Positions 24,139 through 34,642 of a stretch of DNA of 64,000 nucleotides are shown one piece after another. The translations under genes and the position numbers were made by a program. Origin of the DNA: Gekko japonicus (lineage: Eukaryota); contig NW_015170887.1 in assembly GCF_001447785.1 (NCBI RefSeq), forward strand, positions 1,342,201 to 1,406,200, given 5' to 3'. Position 1 is the first letter of the stretch. Each line of letters opens with the position of its first letter. Below the pieces are notes generated by a model. It saw only the letters and a list, made by a program, of their open reading frames with translations, was not told the DNA's origin and made no database searches.

Positions 24139-24427
24139 GAGAGCCAATTTGGTGTAGTGGTTAAGTGTGCAGACTCTAATCTGGGAGAACCGGGTTTGAT
24201 TCCCCACTCCTCCACTTGCACCTGCTGATGTGACCTTGGGTCAGTCACAAGCTCTGGCACAGCTGTCCTTGAAAAAGAGCAGTTTGTGTCAGAGTTCTCT
24301 CAGCCTCACCCACCCCACAGGGTGTCTGTTGTGGGGAGGGGAAGGGAAAGGAGTTTGTAAGTGAAGAGCGGGGTATAAATCCAATCTCTTCTTCTTCTTC
24401 TTCTTCTTCTTCTTCTTCTTCTTCTTC
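24139..24427 (+). mobile_element. tRNA/CORE-type SINE ending in (TTC)n
   Basis: Same family as 5342-5631, with (TTC)n at ~24388-24427. Confidence 0.9.
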
Positions 24428-25326
24428 CTCTCTCCCCTTGGGGGGTGGGCTAGGGGTGGGGCCTTTTGGGGTGGTGGTTTTCCAATCCAAATCTGCTCCT
24501 GAATTACAAACCCTTCTGTGCAGGGACTCTATCGCTTTTGTTCTGTACAGCGCCTAGCACCTGGCTGGGAACAAGACCTATGGGTAAGCAAGACTCAGTA
24601 AATGGTATTTCTTACAAAAAGTAGCAAAGGGACTGCTTGGCAGACACAGCCATACACAAAGCACCCAGCCAGATGAGATGCATGGCACAGTTCATCTGAC
24701 AATCGCTAGCAAGCTGATTGTTCTGTCAACACATCTTGGAAGGCTTGAAATGCCATACCAGATAATTGAAAGAAAGCGTCTTGCTAATTTGCAAGACAGC
24801 AGCCAAAAAAGGAATGAGCCTCACAATTACAGTGTGGCAGGTCCAGTGGCAGCTCCTAATTACATTTCCGTGTAAAAAGACCTTATCGGTGCAAAAACGC
24901 TGCCTGGCATCCCAGATCCAGTCAGGAAAGGGTGAGCCTGAGGAAGGCACCTGTCACAGGAAGGACAGAGAAGGCCCTCCACCGGCAGCTGAGGTCTTTC
25001 AGTGTCCGAGGAAATGGAGTTTTGGACTGTTCATTTGCCAAGAGAAGTTCATTCACCAGCCCAGCACATCAGAAGACACTGCATAAAACTCCCATAGGTA
25101 GGTCCTCCTCCTGCTGTGCATGGCTCTTCACTCCACAGGATTCACAGGGGAATGAAGGCCCCACTCAGCTGGCTCTGGCTGTGGATAAGCAGAAAGAGGG
25201 CCCTAGCAGAGCAGGTTCCTTTAGAAGATTCTTTGCTCAAGGCCAGTAGCTCCTGGGCTGCTGCAGCATCAACACAGATCTCTGATAAAGCGTCTCCATC
25301 TGCTCCTCCACCACCTCATCTGCCCC

Positions 25327-25425
25327 TTAACAACACAGTCCTAGGCAAGTCTACTCAGAAGTAAGTCCCATTTTGGTCAGTCAGGGCTTACTCCCAGATA
25401 AGTGTGCATAGGACTGCAGCCTTAA
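25327..25425. mobile_element. Short Harbinger-like MITE
   Basis: acagtcctaggcaagtctactcagaagtaagtcccat...cataggactgcagcc flanked by ttaa. A related copy lies at ~50960-51052. Confidence 0.6.
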
Positions 25426-25683
25426 TTTCTGGGGTTTAGCCTTCTGCTGTTAAATTGTGCCAGGTGCTCTACGCCAGCTGTTTCTAGTCTGTTTTGAGAA
25501 ATCTATACTGGGGACTACTGCTGGTGTAGAAGTACCCTCAGATGGTTTCTGAACGTTAACATGTTTTTTCCAACCAGGGGCTAAGATACCCAATCATATG
25601 GCAATGGTGGCAAGAGAATAGGCCTGGTGGACTCTTCTAACATCTGTGTGGACAATGGGGGCCTCACACATTATGTGCTAGTG

Positions 25684-26884
25684 CAGGGGTGTCAAACATG
25701 TGGCCCGTGGGCCATATCAGGCCCTTGGAGGGCCCCAATCCGACTTGCAAGGCCCTGGCTGTTTCCTACTTCCATTTGCAGGTCTGCTGCTGCCGCCATG
25801 TCATAGCTTGCTTTACTAGTCTGAGTCGCACAGGAGAGATAGATAGGCAGGGCTCTCCTGTGTGATTGAGTCTGGTAAAGAACTGGCTGATGCTCCTCCC
25901 CCTCCTCCTCCCAGGGGGAGGGAGGGAACAGCCAGAGCTTGCTTCCTGGCCAGGCTGCAGGAAACAAAGGGAAGCCTTTCTTTCCTTCCACTGGCTGAGG
26001 CTCCACCTTGAAGGGAGGGAGGGAGGGAACCAGGGAGAGTTTGCTTTGCTGGGCTGCCTCAATCACATGGAAGAAATACCAAGCACCTTTAAGACCAACA
26101 ACGTTTTGTTCAAGGTATGCACTTTTTTGTGCCTTGCTACAGTGTGTCTTTGTTTTGTTGGGATCTTTATGTCAGGGCTCTCCTGGGTGCAACTGGGTTC
26201 CCTCCCTCTTTTCACTGTATTCATGCCCTCATGATCCAGTCCTTCTCAGTAAGAAAGCAATGTGAACTATTTTAGAGGAGGAATAACAAGAAGCCAGTGA
26301 GGTGGATTAGGCTGAAAGTGTCCAGACCAAGTTTACCTGGCACATTTCATTTGTAGGAAGTTGTAGTTATTTCTCTGGGGAAGACTATATTTTTGTAGAC
26401 AAACACATGGCCCTCAGTCTGTGTTAGGATGCATTCCCATGTTCTTGACCAGCACATGAAGCAACTTATGTACAAAAGGTTGCAATGCCCAGGCATTTGA
26501 TGTTTTCCCCTGAGTCCTAGGCTAGGAACACTGAGCATGAGATTTCTGTAATGAATGCCCATAAATCAAAAGTAGATTTGCAGTTTACAGATACACACCT
26601 GAACAGCATACTCAGGATTGCTACAGCACAGACATTTTGATGCATAATTCAGAGCAGAGGTTTCAGTTATCAGAGACAGTTAAACAAACAAATTATTGCA
26701 AGAATGCTAGTGTTTTAAGCATGTTTTATTTAAAGTTTTAAAAATCTTTGTGTTTGTCTGTGTCCTTTATAAAGTATATATCTCTGCCACCTGGCATTAC
26801 ATTTTATGACACACATGGCCCGGCCCAGCAAGGTCTCATTTATGTCAGATCTGGCCCTCATAATAAATGAATTCGACACCCCTG
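25684..26884. mobile_element. hAT (Charlie-like) non-autonomous transposon, 1.2 kb
   Basis: TIRs caggggtgtcaaac / ttcgacacccctg and TSD tgctagtg/tgctagca. Confidence 0.85.
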
Positions 26885-27792
26885 TGCTAGCATCTCCAGG
26901 TCTGTCACTGACTGTAAACACAACAGGGAAATACAACCAGTCTTGCCTGTATGAGATGCATATCGGTGTAACTGGCACCTAATATCTTTAGGTGAGGAGA
27001 AAACTTGGTAGATGTGCATCTAAACATGTATTGTGCTTAATTCCCTCTTCCACTGAATGTGACAACTGTACTGGAGTTAACAATTACTGATGCTCTCACC
27101 CAATAGTAGTTAAGAGATATAATTAATAGAGCATTTTCCTGTGAAGGCATCATGGAATTAGTCCTCTTAAGGGAATTGACACAATGGTATGGCCCATGTT
27201 GTCTGCAGTTGTCCTTCTGAGTTACATCCAAGGGTTTACATCTGCTAATTGATTGGCCATAGATTCAGAAGAAACAAAAGTACTTATTCATACAATTCCT
27301 AATACGTTTAGGGTATCCATTACAACAACTATTAGTACAAATAGCTTTTTAATCAAAGATTAGGTTCTGCAAGTGTAGATCTGGTACATGATAGCTAGAA
27401 AATGAACATCCACGTGCAGAGGCAGAAGGCCTCAAATTCCCAGATAAAACAACCCCTACAGGGAATGATTGTTTCCAAAAAGCTTTGCGTGAGCACTTCC
27501 CCGGGCACTTGGCTAGCTGCTGTCAGATAGTTTTGAGGGATAGATTAAAATTTGACATGTATCAAAATAATGACTCTTGCATTCTTACCAAGAGAACAGA
27601 AAACTGGGATCCCAGCTTGCAGTAAATCAATTGTTTTGCGGTATTAGTCATGAATGTATTGTAGAGGGCAGTTAACACTGTTGTTATAACTGGCCCAAGA
27701 AAAGGCCACCTCAAGGTTGATTTCAAGCCATATGAGTTCAGTGAGCATATGAGAACTGTTAGAGAAGCGACAACTTGCTAAGAGTCTACTTA

Positions 27793-28078
27793 GACCGATT
27801 CCCCACAAGCAGCTGTGCTGCCCTTGCTCTTCTGTTTCCCCCGCTTGTATTGGTCAATTTCACACTGTTCGCTGCACAACCGCATTTTGACCTGCAGCTC
27901 CCCCCAATTTCCCCCACGTCTTCTTGATCTCAAAAAACAAGGATCAAGAAGACACAGGGGAAATTGGGGGAAGCTGCGGGTCAGAACGCGGCCGTGCAGC
28001 AAATAGTGTGAAATTGACCAATGCAAGCGGGGGAAACAGAAGAGCAAGGGCAGCACAGCTGCTTGTGGGGAATTGGTT
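27793..28078. mobile_element. Fully palindromic PIF/Harbinger-type MITE inside the Copia 5' LTR
   Basis: ~137-bp inverted arms around a short loop and 3-bp TSD TTA. The uninterrupted 3' LTR reads agagtctaattactg. Confidence 0.88.
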
Positions 28079-28207
28079 TTACTGTAAATACTGCTGAAAG
28101 AGTAGTGTAGTCCACCTGTACCCTAGGGGGAGCTGTGGAGCATTCTCTGGTGTTTAATGGATGAGTATCGCAGAAAATAAATTAATGGAGGAATATAATC
28201 ACAGAAA

Positions 28208-28403
28208 TTGCAAGTAGATAAATAGGTACCACTTCAGTGGGAAGGTAACAGCGTTCTGTGCGCCTTGGTGTTTAGTCATGCCAGCCACATGACCACGGAA
28301 ATGTCTTCGGACAGCGCTGGCTCTTAGGCTTGGAAACGGAGATGAGCACCGCAACCCTAGAGTCGGATTTGACTGGCTTTCGAGCAAGGGAACCTTTACC
28401 TTT
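28208..28403 (+). mobile_element. Sauria SINE, 5'-truncated
   Basis: gcaagtagataaataggtacc...gatgagcaccgcaaccctagagtcgg...(acctt t)2 tail, with TSD ataatcacagaaa. Confidence 0.9.
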
Positions 28404-29140
28404 ATAATCACAGAAAAGAACTACAAGCAGGTGAAGATGGTGAAAAACCAGAAACAGCTCTCAAGGTAAATGAGGCAATAAAGCACACAGCAGAAACCAA
28501 AAAGGCCAGACATCTGAAAAAGAATTGTTCAATTTGGAGAGCTAAACAGACAAAACATATCACAGAATCACCCAAAGAAAAGGCTAAGAAAGCTGCAAAT
28601 GAATCTGTAGATGAGGAATAGGATGGATGTCTAAAACGTACTCAGAGCAACACATCAAATAGATGGTATATTGATTCAGGCGCCACAAGCCACATGATTC
28701 TATGATATAGCCAAAGCTGAGAAAATACCTGAGCTTCCCATTCCCAAGTTGACTGAAAGTGAAGCCAGAAAATGGAGAGAGGCAGCAGCAGAAGAGATAC
28801 TATAAATTCAAAAGAATAAGACTTGGATACTCACCAAATTGCCACCTGGGCACAAAACTTTAGGATGCAAATGGACATTCAAAATGAAATATAATGCAGA
28901 AGCGGAAACTGAAAGGTATAAGGCAAGACTTATTGCAAAAGGATATTCCCAAAAATATGGTGAGGATTACAATGAGACATTTGTCCCAGTAGTAAAGTAT
29001 CCCACTATAAGAACCTTACTGAGCACAGCAGCTAGAAAGGGAATGCATGTCAAGCATTTAGACTAAAAACTGCCTTTTTGTATGGTGATATTACAGAAGA
29101 TGGACCAGCCACCTGGCTTTGAGGAATCAGAAGACCAGAC

Positions 29141-29231
29141 TAGGATTGCCACACACCCCCCCAACGGAAGCCAGAGGTGACATCATCGCATCAGGCACAT
29201 CACATGAGGGACACTCTCGCTGGCAACCCTA
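29141..29231. mobile_element. Short hAT MITE (TAGGGTTGCCA family, internally deleted)
   Basis: taggattgcca...tggcaacccta with TSD GACCAGAC. Confidence 0.8.
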
Positions 29232-29239
29232 GACCAGAC

Positions 29240-29446
29240 CAGTGTTCCCTCTAAGCTGAGTTAGTGTGAGCTAGCTCACTGTTTTTTTAGCCTCCAGCTC
29301 ACACATTTTTGTCTTAGCTCAGGAAGGATGGCTCCAGAGCAAACTAATTTATGCAGTAGCCAAATTGCTCGCTCACAACTTTAATGCCAGTAGCTCACAA
29401 AGTAGAATTTTTGCTCACAAAACTCCACAGCTTAGAGGGAACATTG
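29240..29446. mobile_element. hAT MITE (CAGTGTTCCCTCTAAGCTG TIR family)
   Basis: TIR cagtgttccctctaagctg / cagcttagagggaacattg and TSD GACCAGAC. A second copy lies at 53931-54136. Confidence 0.9.
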
Positions 29447-29963
29447 GACCAGACCCTTATGTGTAAGCTCCAAAAGAGTCTTTATGGCCTAAAGGAAGCA
29501 GCCAGAGTGTGGAATGAGAAATTAAATGAAGTACTCACCAGAGAAGGATTCATGAGAGGCAAAACAGATCCATGTTTGTACACCAGAAAGCAAGATAACC
29601 AATGGACATACATCCTGATTTGCATGGATGATATAATACTTTGTTTTGAACAAAAAGGGGGATATGATAGGATAATGCACCAGTTGAATCAAAAATTTGC
29701 AGTGAAGCAACTGAGGGACATCACATACTATCTTGGTACTCAGGTAGAAAGAGAAGCTGATGGGACCTATCTCCTTGGTTAGAAACAAAAAATAACTGAG
29801 ATGTTGGAGCATTTTGGAACGAAAGATGCAAAAGAGGTGAAAACACCCATGGAAGTAGGATGCCTGAAAAATGACAGCAGTCAAGAAGCATTGTCAAATA
29901 ATAATCAATATTGTGAGGCAATCGGAAAACTATTGTATCTAGCCACAGTGTCTAGGCTGGATA

Positions 29964-30581
29964 TTATTATTATTACATTCCATTTGTATACCGCTCACCC
30001 CCTGAGGGCTCTGAGCAGTTCACATTACATACAACACAAGCAAATCCTAACCTAGGGCCACATACATACAAGGGGGAGAGTGACTAGCCTACGAGGCACC
30101 CTTGTAGCTAGTCGTTGTTGTCTGCGGGAGCTCATTCGATGATGTCCTCCTGGCGCTGGTCTTTGATTGTTGTTGCGACTTCCTGGCTGTTGCGACTCCT
30201 TCAGGCTTGGACCGAGCGCACGTCCGCGCATGCTCGCTGCCGACCTCTGTCCAGTAGGCTCCAGCCTGCTGCGTCGCCCTGCCTCCGTGCTTTTTGCCGT
30301 CCCAGCCTCCTCTCACTTTGCCTCGCCAGCCGCCGCCATGTTTCTCCGCCGCTGCTCACCGTTCACGCCGCCGCTACACCGCAAGGGACGGGTGCCCCCC
30401 CGCTCTAAGAGCAGGTACCCATTTGTCTATTTGCCCTTTAACAGGCTTTCGAGCCGCTGGGTAGGCGGGAGCTGGGACATAGGGCCGGGTGCTCACCCCG
30501 GCCGCGGTGGGGCTCGAACAGCTGAAGCTGTTCGGCCAGATGTCAATGCAGGCTTCACTTACCGCTTGCGCCACTGCTCCC
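29964..30581 (-). mobile_element. CpG-rich chimeric SINE-like element: tRNA/Sauria-like head, unique body, L2-type tail and (TAA)n
   Basis: The minus strand starts gggagcagTGGCGCAAGCGG...GTTCGAGCC. It interrupts Copia RT between RLDI and SAAVGLLSR. Confidence 0.8.
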
Positions 30582-31887
30582 TATATAAGTGCTGCTGTAG
30601 GACTTCTGAGTAGGAAAGCTTTTTCATCTAGCCAAGCAGACTGGAACACAGTGAAAAGAGTGATGCGGTATCTGAAGGGAACAAGCCAGCAACTGCAGAT
30701 CCAAAACTAAAAGCATATGTGGACACTGATTGGGCTGGGGACAGCACTGATCGGAAATCCACAAGTGAATATCTGTTTCAGTATGGAGAAGGTACCATTA
30801 GCTGTGCAAACCCAAACCAAACAATTGTAGCACTTTCTTCAACAGAAGCAGAATATGTTGCAGCTGCCAAGAGGCTATCTGGATTCACCAGTTAATTTTA
30901 GACTTAGGACTGGATAGACCTGAACCAATAGCAACCTTTGAGGACAATCAAGGGTGTATAAAACTGTAACAGACTAAAAAGGTCAACCCAGGGTCTAAGC
31001 ACATTGATGATAAGTATCATCTTCTGAAAGTTATGCAGAAGTAAGGACTCATTAACTTGCAGTATTTACAAACCGAAGAATTGACTGCTGATGCTCTCAT
31101 GAAACCATTGCCTAGAGACTGCAATTGGACCCTCCTAGCAAGACTAAACATGATGGAATAGTAAACATGCTGTTGTGAAGGACTGTTGGAGAAGTGACAG
31201 CCTGCTTAGAGTCTAATTACTGTAAATACTGCTGAAAAAGTAGTTTAGTCCGCTTGTACCTAGGGGGAGTTGTGGAGCATTCTCTAGTGTTTAGGGGTTT
31301 TTTAATGTTTTCTCTTGCAGTTGAGCCTACCTCAATTGTTTCTCTCTCTGCTGTGTGTTAGTATGTGTTACTGCTTGTGCTCTGAATGCCTCTCTGTTGT
31401 ATTAATGGCAGGCAGTTATTGTCTTCTTTTGCAAAAATCCCGTTGCAGTAAACGAATTGAAAGCAGACTCCAAAGCGCGGATTGGATTATTCCTGAACTC
31501 TGCCAACAAGAACATGATATCATTGGGCTACACTATAAGCAGAAGGCAGCAATGGCTCCAGATTCTTCTGAGTCAAACTTGGCCTCTGGCCACCTGACTG
31601 TCATTTTGCACTTACTTTGCTGTGTGGTCCTTGGTCAAGCCCAGACATGTCAAGCAGCAGCAGGAAAAGGCTCCTAAATGGCCTATGGCAGAGACAGCAT
31701 TTCCCCAACTCAAGTCTCCATCTCTACCATTCGTATAAACAGCCAGAACAGTGAGAGGAGGGGGGGTCCATTTTATTTTTACTTGCTCATCAGCTGAGTG
31801 CAAAAAAGGCCTAAGGCCACCCCTGTTGCATGGCACAAAATCATCTACTGAATGCACACAATTGTTGCCACATGAAAGTATGGCAAC

Positions 31888-32366
31888 TTTCGCCCAGCGA
31901 TTCGAAAGTTTCGGCGAGTAGATAAAATGGAAACCACTCCTTAGAGAGGGTGGGCATGCCAATCTCCCTTGTGGGAGGGCGTTAGCTAACGGTCGGATGT
32001 CCTGGTCAAGGCTTGTAAGGCGAAACAGCTTCACGGCTACGAAAAGAACTCCCGCAATGGATGTTCCGGCCAGGCGGTGGCAGTGTGGCGATTGACATAC
32101 GGGTCCTGAAGCCTGGCCAGCAAGCAGCCGTGTGGGAAAATGACGGAGCCAGCCAGAAGACGTCTACACCGGGCAGTGACGGCGCGTGCAATTAAAAATG
32201 AATATATGTTGTCTTCCCTATCCCCTACAAACATTGTTAGTCCCTTGTCTATATTGAGTAACTGTACATCGCTTTGAGCCCACTGGGGAAAGCGATTAAT
32301 AAATGAAAAGTATTATTATTATTACTATTACTATTATTACTAGTAGTAGTAGTAGTAGTAGTAGTA
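31888..32366 (+). mobile_element. Second CpG-rich SINE-like element, 5'-truncated, with L2-type tail and (TAT)/(TAG) microsatellite
   Basis: Shares the block cccagcg.ttcgaaag...tagataaaatgg..acc..ccttagag..gggca..tcccttg with 29964-30581. Tail tgtacatcgctttgagccc...aaagcgattaataaat. Confidence 0.6.
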
Positions 32367-32503
32367 ACAGAACTGCACAGCTAGCCTGTTGTGAGACCTA
32401 GAGAAAAGCAACACTTGAAGCACAACAAAGAAATCTCATGGAAGTAGGAAGCTGATACATACAGCAAGGGGGAACACTATCATGTACAGCATAGTAAAAC
32501 AGA

Positions 32504-33021
32504 GGCTGCGGTCACACAGACCTCTTACCGTGCTAGTTTTCCCATAGTTCTTCTATCCGCGACATTTTATATCACTTGGAGATGGTCAGACGGTCCCTCT
32601 GTCTTCCGCTTCACTCGCGCGAAGTACTGATCACACAGCGCGCCGTCCCCGCGGCGGCGTGGTTTTTTTTAAAAAAGAAACTGTTCATGCGCTTGGGCAT
32701 ACATACAAACTAAGAAGACCAAAATAAAAGCTAGCGCCTGCTTGCACATGTGCATAACTTAAACCAGAAACACAAAAAAGGGAGGAGGGTAGCGTGGTCA
32801 CGGCGGATTGCTGTCTAGATGCCAAAACCGCGGATACAAAGCGCGAGATATTGGAAAACACCTGTTCCAACGGGTGTCAGAAAGCCCGGATAAAAAGAGC
32901 GGAAACCGCGGGACTGAGCCCACTTCGGTGCGGGAGGCGGGTTTTCCAATATGAACAGGAAAGTTTAATGTGCGAGGGATCAGCAGCGAAGCCCGCACTA
33001 AATGTCCATGTGACCTGACCC
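32504..33021. mobile_element. CpG-rich PIF/Harbinger-like non-autonomous element
   Basis: Imperfect TIRs ggctgcggtcacacagac / gtccatgtgacctgaccc and a 3-bp flanking repeat AGA. Confidence 0.65.
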
Positions 33022-33278
33022 AGAATCTCTACATTTTAGGGGGGGGGTTGTTTGTTCATTTTGTTTTTTACAACTGAAGGTAAACTTTGATCTGGAAGCA
33101 CTCCTTCCCTTCTTCATCCCTTGCCTTTGACCATCCTTACATCTTTATATTCCCACAACTTGCTATTTAGATGTCAATTCCGTAGGGTGAAGGGATAGGT
33201 GATTTTGTCCTATAAAGACTTCCAGCTCACCTCTTCCTATTTTATCCTCCTCCTTTCCTTCACTCTATTACTTCACAG

Positions 33279-33891
33279 AGGCCTGGTGGACACACGGAAC
33301 CAGATGATGCGTGACCAGCGACGTCAGCTACGGCTGGAGGAGTCACGTCAGAAGAAAGAGAAGGACAAGGATGATCGTGTGCTACAGACATTCAACAATG
33401 CCATGGAAGTGATTACTCCACGTAGCTCTATGGTGATATCTCTTAGCCAGAAGTCATTGCTGCAACCGGAGTTTGAAAGTCGTCCTTCCACCCATTTCTC
33501 AGCCACCCCTCTAAGCTCGTGGTATTACCCAGCTACTACAGGCGCATCCACTAACAGCCAGCATTCTGCAGAACAGGCATCCTCATCCAACCATCCCCTT
33601 TTCCAGAGTGAGCTGCATTCTGCCTCAACAGACATGTTCATCTCCAGCCTAGAAGAGCCCAACCTATATTGCTCAGAAGGCCCAGTTTGCTCTGATTACA
33701 ACATGGCTGCCTCAGAGCCTGATACAGAGTCCAGTACTCAACCGAGTGGCATAACTGCTTCCCATAAGGCCATGCCTGTGGAGAACAGAAATTTTACCCA
33801 CAGGCCTCCCTATCACCTGGCAGGAGGTCATAATGTAATTGCCTTGACACAACAAAAGCACCAAAAGAAAGCCGCAAAAAAGAACAAATAA
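33279..33891 (+). CDS. LRRC74A: LRRC74A candidate distal terminal exon, (R)GLVDTRNQMMRDQRRQLRLEESRQKKEKDKDDRVLQTFNNAMEVITPRSS...KKAAKKNK*
   Basis: Strong acceptor (tcctcctcctttccttcactctattacttcacag) and phase-2 join AG|A = Arg. About 204 open codons: a charged coiled-coil-like segment, then a Ser-rich tail. Not TE-like. Confidence 0.8.
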
Positions 33892-34642
33892 TTCAGGCTT
33901 TGTGGAAGTAATTGTCCTCTCACGTTTGTTGGAGCAGGAACTCTTCAAAGAACAATCATCAGGTCTGTCTGATTCTCACACACACACATAGGATTGCTAG
34001 GCAGTGTCCAGCAAACGGGGGGAGGGGTGTATGTGGGAGGGGAAATGGGGAGGCTGCAACACTGGCTGTGGTGTTACATTACTTCTGGTAAAAGACCAAA
34101 AGTGACTTGGGGTAGCTCTAGGAATTATCAGAAACTCTATGGTTCAACTTTGTGGCTTCCGTGCAGTCCCACACTGCCTGTGTGTGCATAGGCCAGCTGC
34201 AGAACAGATTTCCAAGCTTTCTTGTAGACTAGGAGCACCCTGTTATGTACGCGGACCGCCACTAGGGGTCCGCGGCAAAGACAGGAGCTTGGCTCCCCTA
34301 GACAATAGGAACATAGGATCCTAGTTCCCTCCAGCCCCAACCAATTGCCACTTTGGCGGGAAATTCAAACCTTCCAATGGACTAGGGCTGTGCTGGGTGT
34401 GTGTGTATATAGTTGGCCTTGCAGGGCCGTTTTAGTTAGTCTTGTGTTAAGTACAATAAATGTGTGCAACGCATGTCGTCGTCCGAGTCTTCCATGCGGC
34501 GAACCCAGTACTTTTCAGTGCCGATGAGGATGGGATTCCGTTGAGCCAGGCCTAGCTCGCATCCCAGCGCAGCACTGAGTTCTGTTCCAGCAATGCACCG
34601 TGCACCGCATCAAGGAACACCGCTCCCTGCTACCGCTACGCC

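Larger units (their letters stand above)
27757..31508 (+). mobile_element. Decayed Ty1/Copia LTR retrotransposon with internal deletions and five nested insertions
   Basis: The 5' LTR start tgttagagaagcgac (27757) matches the 3' LTR tgttggagaagtgac (31184-31508, ends ...gccaaca), with 5-bp TSD AGAAC on both sides. Coding motifs: protease WYIDSGATSHM (~28663), RT CKWTFK..YKARLIAKGYSQ and LQKSLYGLKEA, RNase H DTDWAG/SSTEAEY/ADALMKPL. Confidence 0.93.
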
